From assembly GCA_026023565.1 (NCBI GenBank), contig JAPETS010000001.1, positions 744,001 to 808,000 of the forward strand: 64,000 nucleotides of DNA, given 5' to 3'. A program made the translations under genes and the position numbers. Of this stretch, positions 1 to 11,500 are shown piece after piece. The first letter of the stretch is position 1; every line of letters starts with the position of its first letter. The DNA is from Cirrosporium novae-zelandiae (lineage: Eukaryota). The notes beneath the pieces were generated by a model. The model saw nothing but the letters and a program-made list of their open reading frames with translations, ran no database searches and had not been told where the DNA came from.

Positions 1-1995
1 ACCTGATGCCTACTTTCTCGCTCAGCATGTTGAACTAACTCATCCTGAGAATGGTGAATCTCCTTTTATTGTCCGAGATGAGAGTAGCGACAGTGCCTCC
101 CCACCGCCAAAACGGAAAGAGAAGGTCATTACCAGCAATACCAATAATGCAACTTCGGTAGAGGATCTGGATCCCGAAGACACATACATCGAATGCCCTA
201 GACAATGTGGAGAAGTTATTATTCTTTCCGAGTTGGACAGCCATTTAGATATGCATGTAGCTGAGGAAATGGAGAGTGATGGGAGAGCGACGGCCAACGA
301 TCAATCGAAAAGAATCAGAACCAAGTCCACTCATTCACACAAGCATGCTTACCATACGCGCTCGCCCTCAAGGAGGCAAGGAAAGAGCCGGAGTAAATGG
401 AGAGAATTTGGGCTAAAAATCCTAGGAATACAACCCTCCAAAACTGTCCGGATTCCAAAATCACCACAGCCGCCGCCGAAAGTCGGGAATAAGAGATTAG
501 GGGTTTGTTACCTTTTTAAGGTTATATATCTAGACATTAACTAATGTCTTATTACATACAGAGAAAAGAGCTCGGCCCCTACTGGAATGAAGATGAAATG
601 CCTCTCTGGCTTCGACATATTCTCGAGGAGGAAGCTGAAAAGAACCTCGCAAATCATACTCGGAATCTATTACCAGTGCTCGGAGGACTCTTAGCCCGAG
701 ATCCATCGGTCGAAGAAGCATATCTCTGCCACCAAGCTGTCAACCACGTCAAAAAGAATTTTCGCGAAGGCGGCTTCTGCGGTTATCGAAATATTCAGAT
801 GGTCAGTTCATACGGAATCCAGACTGGTGTCCCCGGCTTTGAGCGCTTTGGTGGTAAAGTTCCGAGTATTTTTGAGTTACAAGATTATATCGAGATGGCA
901 TGGGATATGGGGTTTAACGAGTGGGGGCGTGAGGAGACCGGGGGTATCAAAGGAACGAGGAAATATATAGGTTCCCCGGAGGTAAGCACGATCATCCATC
1001 ATTGAATGGCATACTATTTCTTACGTCCTTCTTCTAATCGATATCAGGTCATAGCCCTCTTTAGAAGTCTAGGAATAAAGTAACTATAGAAATTTCCGAA
1101 TGCGTTATCCGTCGGGCCAGGAAACTAACATCCCTTAAGATTCGACGTGAAAATATTCTCAGAGCAGCCTAACGAACCTCCCCCCTACAAGCAAGTTTAC
1201 GAATTCGTATGGAACTACTTCAAAAAAGATCGTACAGACTCACAAGAAGCTGGTACCGTCGTCGGGACATTCAAAGCACCAATCTACTTTCAGTTTAGAG
1301 GTGAGTGGGTGTTCCATTTTATATACCCTCCAACCTCCTTTTTCCAAAGTAAAATAAAATGAACTACACCTAATAATCCCCTCTGCTCACCCACCCACAG
1401 GCCACTCCATGACCATAATCGGAATCGAGCGCCACAAAAGCACCAACAAGTATAGCCTCCTCTGCTTCGACCCCATGTTCAGAACAAATCCGGCCATGCG
1501 TCGCCTCGTTCGCAAGGGCTGGGATACCCACCTTGCTACCATCCCCTTCATACTACTAGGCGCGTATCGCCGCGGTGATTCGTATCTCAGGAGGCATAAC
1601 TATTATGAACTTGTCGTGTATGTGTGCTTCTTTCTTTCTTTCTTTTTGTTCTTTTTGAAGAGAGGGGGGATGCGGAGGATGTGGAAAGAGACATATTGCT
1701 CCTTTTTGATCTCACACATGATCTATGGGGCTAGTTGGCTAGCTGGTGCATCATGGCTATGAAAATAATTCCTGATACCGATAACTGAATACTAACCTCA
1801 TGGTTTATATATACATACAGAATCAGCGACAGCCCTCCCTCTTCTCTCACCCCCCCTCCACCATCTCACCCTCCCCCTCCAATCCCCGAATCCTCAGCAT
1901 CCTCCGAATTCGAATCTGAATCTGAATCCGAATCCGAGTCCGAGTCCGAGTCCGAGTCCAAGTCTGAGTTTGAGTCAAGAATGGTCATACGATAA
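1..1995 (+). CDS. Peptidase C78 family (ZUFSP/Mug105-like, DUF1671) with a C2H2/UBZ-like zinc finger; 5' partial, multi-exon
   Basis: Spliced reading gives CPRQC...HLDMH zinc finger, catalytic GGFCGYRNIQM, LQDYIEMAWDMG, TRKYIGSPEV, PIYFQFRGHSMTIIGIE, LLCFDP. Introns approx. 503-561, 982-1047, 1080-1139, 1301-1400, 1618-1820. Last exon is Pro-rich, then an ES repeat, TAA at 1993-1995. Confidence 0.8.
1906..1975 (+). repeat. Coding hexanucleotide tandem repeat (GAATCY/GAGTCC) giving an (ES)n tail
   Basis: gaatct gaatct gaatcc gaatcc gagtcc gagtcc gagtcc gagtcc aagtct gagttt, in frame in the last exon of the C78 peptidase. Confidence 0.85.
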
Positions 1996-2049
1996 TAGGT
2001 GTTGACGGAAAAAAGACTGAATGGGGAAATCAATTTGGGGTGGAGGGGA

Positions 2050-2700
2050 TCTGGATCTGGATTTGTATGTTTGTGTTTGCATTTGTGCTGGTGGTTTTAT
2101 GTTATTACAAGGGCATAATAAAGGGCCCGAGCAATGGGGTGGGGGCGATTAGGTGTTTTTTCTGGATGAAACGGGTGAAGATAGATAGATAGTGTGGATA
2201 ACGAACGAACTTCTCTCTATTTATTTTATTTTGTTTTGTGGGTATGCGGACTGTTTGTTTGTTTGTTTGCTCATTTGTATATCGTAGCGTTGTGCATTAC
2301 ATTATATGAATATACATGTATGTAAGAGCAATGGGAGGGCCTCCCCCCTTCTTCTTTTTTGGGAGGGGAGAGGGAGAGGGTAGAAGGATATATGGATGGA
2401 TGGATGGATGAATGAATAATATATATAATATATATATTAATTAATGACCCTGTATCTGAGTGGTTTCCCTCCCATTTTTTCTAAAATGCAATTGTTCATG
2501 CATGCATGTATGAATCCTAGCCTGGAATACTTTCCCAGTAGGGTAGAGTAGGTTGGTATAAAAACCCCCTCCCTCTAACCTCTAATCCTACCCTATTCGT
2601 GTGATGTGTGTGGAAGCTAGGTTGGTTGGTTACTGCGCGCCTGCGCGCTATTTAGTCATCTAAGGTAGTATCACCTCACCTCACCCCACCTCGACGCCTA
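2050..2700. repeat. Microsatellite-rich intergenic patch between convergent genes
   Basis: (GTTT)n ~2253-2269, (GGAT)n ~2393-2410, (AT)n ~2418-2437, (ATGC)n ~2498-2507, (CCTCA)n ~2672-2690. Confidence 0.8.
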
Positions 2701-2808
2701 GATGATTGTTCTTGTTCGCCTGGATATTAAAACGCCTTTTTCTCCTTTTCTAGTGATGGGAGGGGGTACATATAACATCCACCCCCCCGCTGCGAAAGAA
2801 CCCTGAAC

Positions 2809-4708
2809 CTAAAGCTTCTGCACACCCCTCCTAATCCAAACCCGAAAATCCCCGCTAGGCACGAAGCCGCTAGCGGTTCTTTTCTTCCCAGGAAACATCC
2901 ACGGCTCCCAAGGTCCGCCGCCGATGGGGACGATGTCCCACATGCGGAGGATAGAGGCGGTGAAGGCTAGGATTTCCGTTTCGAAGATGGCGCCGGTGGT
3001 TGAGGGGTAGTGGTAGTGTTGGTGGGTTTCTGTGTTCATCTTGTTGTCGTTGTTGTTATTGCTGCTAATACCGAGTAATCTCGTTTTGACCTCGGGGTCT
3101 TTGAGGAATCGTTCTGGATGGAAGTTTTCTGGTTCGGAGAATCCCGTCCAGCATAGGTTATATGGAATGTGAACGCCGGATCCTTTTTTCAAGACGTATT
3201 TGTCGTCGAGAATCACGTCCTGCTTTGGGGAGATTTCGTAGAATGCCGTGGGTGCCGTGTACAGACGTAAGGCCTCGATATGGGAGGCGAGGAGGCGGGG
3301 ACATGAGGTTTTGAGGGGGTTGAGGGCGATTTTTAGGATTGGTGGGGATGGGAGGGCGAAGGCTTTGGGGGGCTGCGATAGGGAGGTGTGAGGAACTGTT
3401 TCGCGGAGGAGCGGGGAGAGGTTTTCAGTTGGGGTAGTGTTGATGGAGAGGAGGATCCAGAAAATGTGGGTTGGGGTTGTGGTTGTTGCGCTGTGTGGGT
3501 TTGTTAGTTTATATTTTTTTGTTTGTTTTTTCATGAGAGGATGAGGGGCCAAGTTATAGAAATAGAATAGAATGGGTTGAACTTACGCCCATAAGATAGC
3601 TAGATTGCATGCCGCGGCCGTCTCGCGCGTCGCGCCCGCTTTTCGTAACCCCACCGACCGTCGCCGTATCAGCTCGCTCACATCTGATAGGTCAGCCCAC
3701 CTGAACCCGCCTTCGGGTTCCTCTCCTTTCTCTTCGGCGTTAATTGCATCGTCTAGTTCCATCATGGCGGCGATGAGCCTCCTACGTGCGGCGTAAGCTG
3801 GTGGGAGAGACGGGAGAGGAAACCAACGGGGGAGACCCGCCAGCATGGGGACCATCGCGTCGTCGAGGGCCCAGAGGTCTTGGAAGATATCGGGGAAGTT
3901 TTCTACAAAGGCGGCGCCCACTAAGGCGGGGACGATCATGTGGGCTACAAAGTTGCGGATTAGGGGGTAGAAGCTTACTTCGGCTGTGGGGGTACCGTTG
4001 GGAGTAGTAGTGGGGTCGATGACATGGACATTTGCGGGGCGCTCCCAGAGGGATTGGTCCACGAGGCTGGGGCTGAAGGAAACAAGGTTCGGGACATTGA
4101 GTTCCATGTTTCGGACAGTGATGGAGATGGCATGGTTGAGGTGGGATTCCTCTAGGAGGAGGTTGTTCAGGGGAAAGTGGATCTCTTTGGAGATGGGTTG
4201 AAGGAGTTTGTGGATGTCTTTGCTAGCACCGAAGAAGCGCATGAGGAGGAGGTCGGTTAGTCCACTGGAGCTTATAGATGAAGGTAGCTGGGTGAAGATG
4301 GCCTTGATGAGGGAGGGGGAAGCTATAATATAGTGGGTGCGGCCTGCGATCGTGAGGGACCAGATAGGGAGGCCGCGATCACTATAGTCAGGCTAGGGGT
4401 TACTATTTATGTTCCGGTTGAGAAATTTCAATAATAGTAAGGGTGTCTTACCGGATCTTTTCGAATATCTGCTTCGAGAAAGTAGCATAGGAAATGGCAT
4501 GGCCGATGTAGGGGATCCAATACGGGATAGCCGTAGGGATCCTGTGACCTTCACTATCGATCTTTTCCTCTTCTTGGAGTCCGCTAGTAATGCGGGTAAG
4601 GATACAAGAGACGGAGAATATCAAACAGAAAGAAAGAACTGGAGATGCTTTGGCATAATGGTACAAGGTTAATGCGAAACCCTTTTCTTGGAGGAAGCCC
4701 TGGTCCAT
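2809..4708 (-). CDS. Cytochrome P450-fold protein (CYP7/CYP8-like fungal group) lacking the heme-binding Cys motif
   Basis: N-terminal TM anchor, then IPYWIPYIGHAISY, I-helix-like LAILWAATTTTPTHIFW, ExxR (EALR), LKKGSGVHIP, PERF, EILAF..ILRMWDIVP. Introns approx. 4451-4383 and 3586-3492. Start taken at ATG 4708 (MDQGF); ATG 4807 is possible. No FxxGxxxCxG. Confidence 0.8.
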
Positions 4709-5148
4709 CTGATAGCGAGCCAAGATCCCCAAAAGTCCAATCAAACACACAGATGAATATGCATATGAAAGAGTGTTGGCTGAGGGAAGAGGCATGATGG
4801 AGGACATGGACAAATTCAAAAGGCCACAGAAAAATATATGAAATAATAGCCAATAGACTAGAATGTTATGTCATTGCTCTTTTATCATCCTTCGACTTGT
4901 TGATAACGCTGGTCAGGGTCCTTTACAGTAGCTTACAGTACTAATTGAAATCAACTAAACCATTTCAGGAAGTATAATTGAAATGCACGGTACTACTACT
5001 GAAGAACGAAATGGCCCGTTAACCGAAAAAGCTTGAATTCTAAAATCTCCAAATCGCTATCTTATCCAACTAGGAGAAGAAAAAAATTGATGTAAAAAAA
5101 TAAAATAAAATAAAACCTTTCAACATCTCACTAGACAATTCACCCACC

Positions 5149-5839
5149 ATGCGATCTCGACCCAACATTATTATCACCGGTACGCCCGGCGTGGGCAAAA
5201 CCAGTCATTGTGAACTTCTCGCCCAGAACACAGGTCTCAAGCATCTTTCCATAAACCAGGTCGCCAAGGAGCGGGCATGTCATGACGGGTATGACGAGCA
5301 TCTAAAGACGTGGATTGTGGATGAGGATAAAGTATGCTCTCTCGCCGGCTCAATGGATGAGCTTGACCATGGTTGCTTATGAGAGAATTTGCGACAGCTA
5401 CTCGACGCGATTGAACCTGAACTTGAACAAGGCGGCTATATTATCGACTGGCACGCTTGCGACCTTTTCCCAGAAAGCAAAATCGACCTGGTTGTTGTGC
5501 TGAGGGCGGACTCGACGGTTCTCTACGATAGACTGAAGGCTCGGTATATGCCCCCTTGTCACTAAATCTACTTATCACATGCGACAATTGAAAAGGCTAT
5601 ATGATATTATAACTAACACAACTATTTACTACAGTAACTACCCCGAAGTCAAGCTGCAAGAGAATCTAGACGCCGAAATCATGCAAGTACTCCTAAGTGA
5701 AGCGCAAGAAAGCTATGTGCTAGAGATAGTGGTGGAGCTACAGAGCGACAACGACGAGCAACTCGAAGAAAATATAGATAGACTACAACAGTGGATTACC
5801 AACTGGGAGAAAGACCACGCCGACGGAGAGGCTTCCTGA
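5149..5839 (+). CDS. FAP7: Adenylate kinase 6 / Fap7 (hCINAP) 40S assembly factor
   Basis: P-loop GTPGVGKT, IIDWHACDLFP, VLYDRLKAR, NLDAEIMQV. Introns approx. 5332-5397 and 5544-5634. Confidence 0.95.
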
Positions 5840-5950
5840 ATGAATATAGACTTGGATATATGTGCTATGGTCTATTTATATGTCTATAAGGGTAATGGGT
5901 ATAGAAGGCCTTCAGCAGCAGCATATCTTCTGCCCTTGTTGCATCTCTCT

Positions 5951-7327
5951 CTACTGTGTCGCCGTCGCTGTTGTATCCTCCTCCAACCACTCCCTCAATT
6001 TCGCCAACGCCCTCCCCCGATGCGATATCGAATTTTTCTGCTCCTTATCCATCTCCGCATACGTTTGCTCGAACCCGTCTGGTTGGAAAACCGGATCGAA
6101 ACCTTGAATGATAATGAAATATACTAAGTCAGCTTTCTCCAAGGGCTATACTAGCGAGTTCGGATAAGGGGTGAAGGGGGGTGGACGAGAATGGGAAGAT
6201 AAACAGGAAGAAAAGATGCAGAAAAAAAGCGAAGATAGCACTGACCAAACTTCGCTACCCCTCTAGCAGGCACGATCTTCCCAGGCGTGCGTCCCTGGAA
6301 TATCAATGGCTCTTTCATTCCGGGTTGGATGAATGCAAACGTGCAGACAGCTTCGGCCTAGAACCAAGACAATTCATCCCTCATAAGTAAGCGTTCCTAT
6401 AGCAAGCAACAGAATGAACAAAATGGAGAGAGGGAACAAGGGAATATATATACATATATATAAATAAATAGAGAGGACAAAATAAGATAGATAAAACTCA
6501 CACTCTTATCCTCATAAGCAGCAAGTAAATTATTCAACCCTTCCAAACCAAGTTTTTGGAAAAACCATTTTCTATATAAAACCAAAAACCGATAGACGGG
6601 TGGTGCATCGATTAGCCTGGGGGGATTTTAAATTCCAACTTTAAGAGATATTTCCTCTACACATTCTTATGGACAGCTTTATGTCCGCCATAGCTTAGAA
6701 GCGACGTGCGGGACAGCAGACAATAAAACGAATCATCATCATCATCATCATCATCATCTTATAGACAAACGGTGTAGCATCCCACCACATACATCATACA
6801 TAAACCAAGCAAGCAAATAAAAAAAGTAGTTTAAAAGCGTAAAGGAAAAGAAAAAGAAAAAGAAAAAAGGAACTCACATATATGCCCCCGGTAATCCATT
6901 AAGCGCCCTACCAAGTCATATCAAACGAAATATTTTAGTCCTCTTTTCTCTTTTTTGCTCTCTCCCTCCCCCCTCAAAAAAATAAAAACATATATTTAAA
7001 TCACACAAACCTAAAACACAAAGCCGTATCCTCAGTCAAAACCGGACCATCGACCTATACATACAAAACCACCAATTATTAACCATCATCATCCCCCCCC
7101 CCCTCAAAAAAAAACAAAAACAAAAAACACACCTTCCCAATCGCCTGCAAGCATTTAGCAACACTAATTTCCTCCAACGTAGCTCCCTGAACCTCAATCA
7201 GATCGACCTCCTGATTTCTGAGCTGAACGCTGGTGTTTGCTAGGATTACGCGGACTTCGGCTAGTTTGTTGGCGTTGCCGGTTACGAAGGTTAGGGTTGT
7301 TGGTTTTGGGGGGGCGGTGGTGGCCAT
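5951..7327 (-). CDS. HAM1: Inosine triphosphate pyrophosphatase (ITPase)
   Basis: [57 protein letters not shown] assembled over 6 exons with GT-AG introns. Confidence 0.95.
6732..6758 (+). repeat. (ATC)9 microsatellite in a HAM1 intron
   Basis: atcatcatcatcatcatcatcatcatc inside the ~306-nt intron 6573-6878. Confidence 0.9.
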
Positions 7328-8544
7328 TTTTTTTGTTGTTGTGTGTGTGTGTGGTTTTGTGGTTTAGGGTAAAGATAGCTACTAGGTAAGGAAGTAATAG
7401 GATAGAAATTTGGAATTTTTTGTTGTTGTTGGTCTTGGGTAGAGTTCGGTACTTTTCTATCTGTCTAGGCACCTACCTACGGTAGATATAAGAAGGGAAA
7501 GGTGTACTTAAAGCTAACTAACCCTCTCGTGAGTCAAGTAGGATTTTTCAAACTGAAAGGGCGGTACTAAGGGCTGGAAAACTGGACTCCCCTAGAAAAA
7601 GCAAGAAAGTAATTCTTAAGGATAATTTAATAATGTATGTGCAGTTAAAGTGTGTCACGGCTCTCTAAGTGTCTATCGTTTTGCTCCAAGGTTATTGGAT
7701 GCAATGCTTTCTCTTGAACTTGAACTCGAATTCGGTAGAAGAGATAGGGAGAATATAATTGATGATAGAGCAATTAAACCATCCCCATTTAATACACTGT
7801 CTAATTCGTCTCAATATAAGATAAGACGACATCTACGATATATGATTCATTGCACACCAACCAGTCAGTCAATCCAATACCGTTTTGTTGAAATGTGAAA
7901 AAAGCCTTCCCTTTATGAAGAGGCCCCAAAATAAGAATTTATCTCTAACTGTCTCTCTTTTCTGATCTTTCATGGCGGCATGAGAAATCCAACGCCAGCT
8001 TTAATAAAAAAAAGTCTTACGGTCTTCTCCCTCTGAAAAGACCTCAATCTGGGTGAGAAGAATCCCAAGGGTAAGAGAAAAATAACCCTTCTATTTTCCT
8101 CACCACCCACAGCACACAGACACACACACAAACGTCATCTTACCAAAATGAAAACGCCTGCATGCTTAATCAAAAAAAACTTGTCGTTTCGCAAAATGAT
8201 GAAGGTGTCAAAGGAAGAACAATAGGCGAAGCTTGCGCTCTTCGTCTAGGACAAATTTGCAAGCTTCAAACATGTACATCACCAGAACAGAAAAGCCGGA
8301 AAAAGAAACTAAGACACCTTGTATATTCCGCCGTTTCCCACTTCACATCATGATGATTGAATTTACTTCAAAAGCCCTTTCTAAGAAGGGATTCCTAGAT
8401 TCAAAGAATATGTGGCCATCACCAAGGACCCGGGCTTGCCCAAACTCGCCATGCCAAAGGAGCACCATTCCGAAGGTGTATACAAAGAAGTGAATGGGGT
8501 ATCGTTGCGGGATTAATCTAGCAATCGAGCATTAACCCACTAGC

Positions 8545-11500
8545 CTAGGCCATTACTGCATCTGTTATAGCCAGACCCTGACCTGGCGGCATGTTTTCGC
8601 CATTTTGCTCCACCACATCATATTCACCTTGCTTCTCTTGCTGTGCCATAGCCTGGGCAGAGACTATTTCAGCTAAACGCTTAAGGCGAGGTGTTTGAAG
8701 CCCTGTATCAAGGATTAGTTGTTATCATATTAGTGTTACTGAGTAGTATACTCACATGAGGGTGTGTAGGTCTCCAAAGCAGTTATTATCCGAGGCTCTG
8801 CAATTTCATATGGACCACTATCTTCCATATCGACGGGCGTCAAAAGCAAAACATCGCTCTTTTCCGTGACCTTGGAGGCAACTGCCTTCATGATTTCACC
8901 ATTGATAGGTTGCTCGTAGTCGGCAACCAGATATTGGTTAAGCAGTTTCTGGATCTGGTTGGGGGAAAGCCTGGCACAAAATTAGTAAAAGTATATAATA
9001 AACTATGAATTAAATCCACTTACATCCAACAAATGTCTTGAATGATTTCAATATCATTCAACGTAGCTTTCTTGAGTTGCAGTAATTTGGTGGCTTGCTA
9101 TAAGATTATTAGTACCTGACGAGTAATGTTAAACGAGATTTAAACATACCATCAAATGCTCAAGTTGTAGGGTCCCTTCAGGCATGTCATGGCTCTTGCA
9201 CCACTCCTCAATGCGAGTGATATTATAATTGATCTGAAGACCCCTCTTCCAGGACAGGAAGTTTCTTCTCATCAATAGATCGTTGAAAGCGGTAACACCA
9301 ACGAGACGAAGAAGTTCATTGACCGTTTGTCGGATTATGGAATCCTCGAGATAATATGCCTTCATGGCCTTGTAAACGTTATTTAGTAGACTTAACATGT
9401 TGTCCATGCTATACGCTGGTTGGGTGTTGGATTGCAATAATTTCCCAAGGAATCGGGTGCTTTCGCTAGTGACGAAGCCAGGGAGAGATTGGGATTCGAT
9501 AATGGCAGGCACAATCATCTTGTGCAGCTTCTTCTTGAGTACTTTCATCCAGGTATGGTAGATATTGAATTCAAGACTCTCTAGATCATGTTTTACAATC
9601 TCAAGGAGACGGTCATACTCGTAATTATCCGTCTTCTGGGCTTCATACCAGTCTTCAGCAAGGAAGACAAAAGACAACATTTCATGCACATTGGAAAGCC
9701 AGAATGCGCCTGGATTAACTGCCTCATCGCCCTCATGTTGCATGACTTCTTGTTGAACGGACTGCATAACATTAGCCAGAAATCGTTCAGATTCCTTAAC
9801 AAAGCCATTGTTCCACATCTCGGACGTGACGAGGTTAATCAGATATGCAGGGAAGAGGACTTCCTTTTCAGTTGGAGGTGGGGTGGTGCTAGGACCAGGT
9901 ATCTTAAGATTCTTAATCAGACCCATGGTTACTTCATCGTTAAGACCATCCTCGTCAGAAAGCAAGTTTTCGAGTTCAAATTCAACGCCTTCAAGGGTTG
10001 GCGCAAATGTAGAGCCCGAGAGTGTAGAATGATGATTGTTCAAGTTTGTAACAGCCATGGAAACAGGCCGAGGATTGTAAGCCCCGCTGAACCGGTCTAC
10101 TTGCACAGGCTCCGCACCGGCACTCCGCCTCTTCGGCTTCTTGGAAGAAACCAAATTGATTAATCCATAAGAAGCAGGCTGAGCGGCATTGCCATTTTCC
10201 ATGGCTCCATTGAGTGGAGCCATACGCTTAGCCAATTCGAGCTGATCTTGCAAGTCTGCGATCTGCTGGCGAAGAGTCAACTTGTCAGACTCATTGGTCG
10301 TATTCGATTGCTTGACTTGACTGAGCTCCTCAGTTGTCATACGGAGAGACTCCCGTAAATTCTTCTCTTCTTCCTGTAATCGCTTGACATTGGCCGAAGC
10401 TTCGTCGTAACTCTGTTGTAGTTTCTCCATATCTTCTTCTAGGGCAGCCAAACGTGCGGCAGTAATACCAGCTTGATTTGCCTCGGCTTGAAGTTCCTTA
10501 GATCTTGACTCAAGTTGGTTATACTTGTGTCTTGAGGACTTCAGCTGACTCTCATAGTTTTCGACCTGGCCTTGCAGAGTCTTGTTTTGTTGTTTCATAG
10601 TGCCCAAGGATTGAGTCAACTCAACAACCTTATTCTCCAGTTTGTATGAAATCTGCTTGAGATCTCTAGCCTCCTCACGCAACGTCTTGTATTCGCGTCG
10701 GGCAACTCTTCCTCTCCAAAGATTCTGGACAATGACAATCTTGTGACGGTACTGTCTCCAGTGACGCAATTGCCGATGCGTCCGATAAGCTCGCTGAATT
10801 ACCTTTGCAGCATCACCCAGACGTTTCTCCATGAGGAAGCGACGTAGTAAGTAGCCCTTCATCACAGATTGTACCAGCATAATATTGTTCCTGATTTCCA
10901 AAAATTTCCTTCTCTCCTTTTGCCCTCTCCAAACTCTTTGGATTGTCGTTGCGCTCTTGACTTGTCGAATATCCTCAGTTTGTTGCCTCGCGATAGCTCC
11001 ACGATATAATGATTGGAAAACCACAATGGATTCACGAGCTTCCAGGTACTTGCGTCTATAGTATTTAGCCCTGAGGTTCTTCTGGATCATGATAGCACTC
11101 TCGTTGAGTCGCGATGTCCGGAGATTTTCCAAGAAAGCAAGCATTCCAGCCCGGAAGAAAATTTTAGTCAAACCAAGTTGATATTTATCTAAGCCTGCAT
11201 TGTTACCCCCAAAAGCTTTGCTCAAAATTGAATTGGCAAGGTTGCGTATCTCTGGAGTCCATTGAGTCGACGGAACCAACATGTAGTAGCGTAGGGCAAA
11301 TTCTTCATAAGTCCATCTAGTTGGGTAACCAGCACAACTAATTCGGACTGTTTCTAGAACACCACAAGCTCGAAGTTGACTGAGAACCATGGGACCCTCA
11401 AACTTCCAAGATTCCTTAGCTTCGTTAGGCTTGATGCAACGAATATAATGCACATCTGTCGAGTTAATTGTTGACATGAGATCTATCAATGAATGTTTAA

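Noticed and set aside
2809..2820. C-terminal QKL of the P450 as a peroxisomal PTS1
   Set aside because: Weak variant on a protein with an N-terminal membrane anchor.
6573..6878. Long HAM1 intron as a possible snoRNA host
   Set aside because: Length is explained by poly-pyrimidine and (GAT)n repeats; no D box or convincing H/ACA layout.
9588..10163. 191-aa antisense ORF in myosin V (likewise 26601-27329 in WAPL)
   Set aside because: Shadow ORFs opposite conserved coding sequence, with no recognisable motifs.
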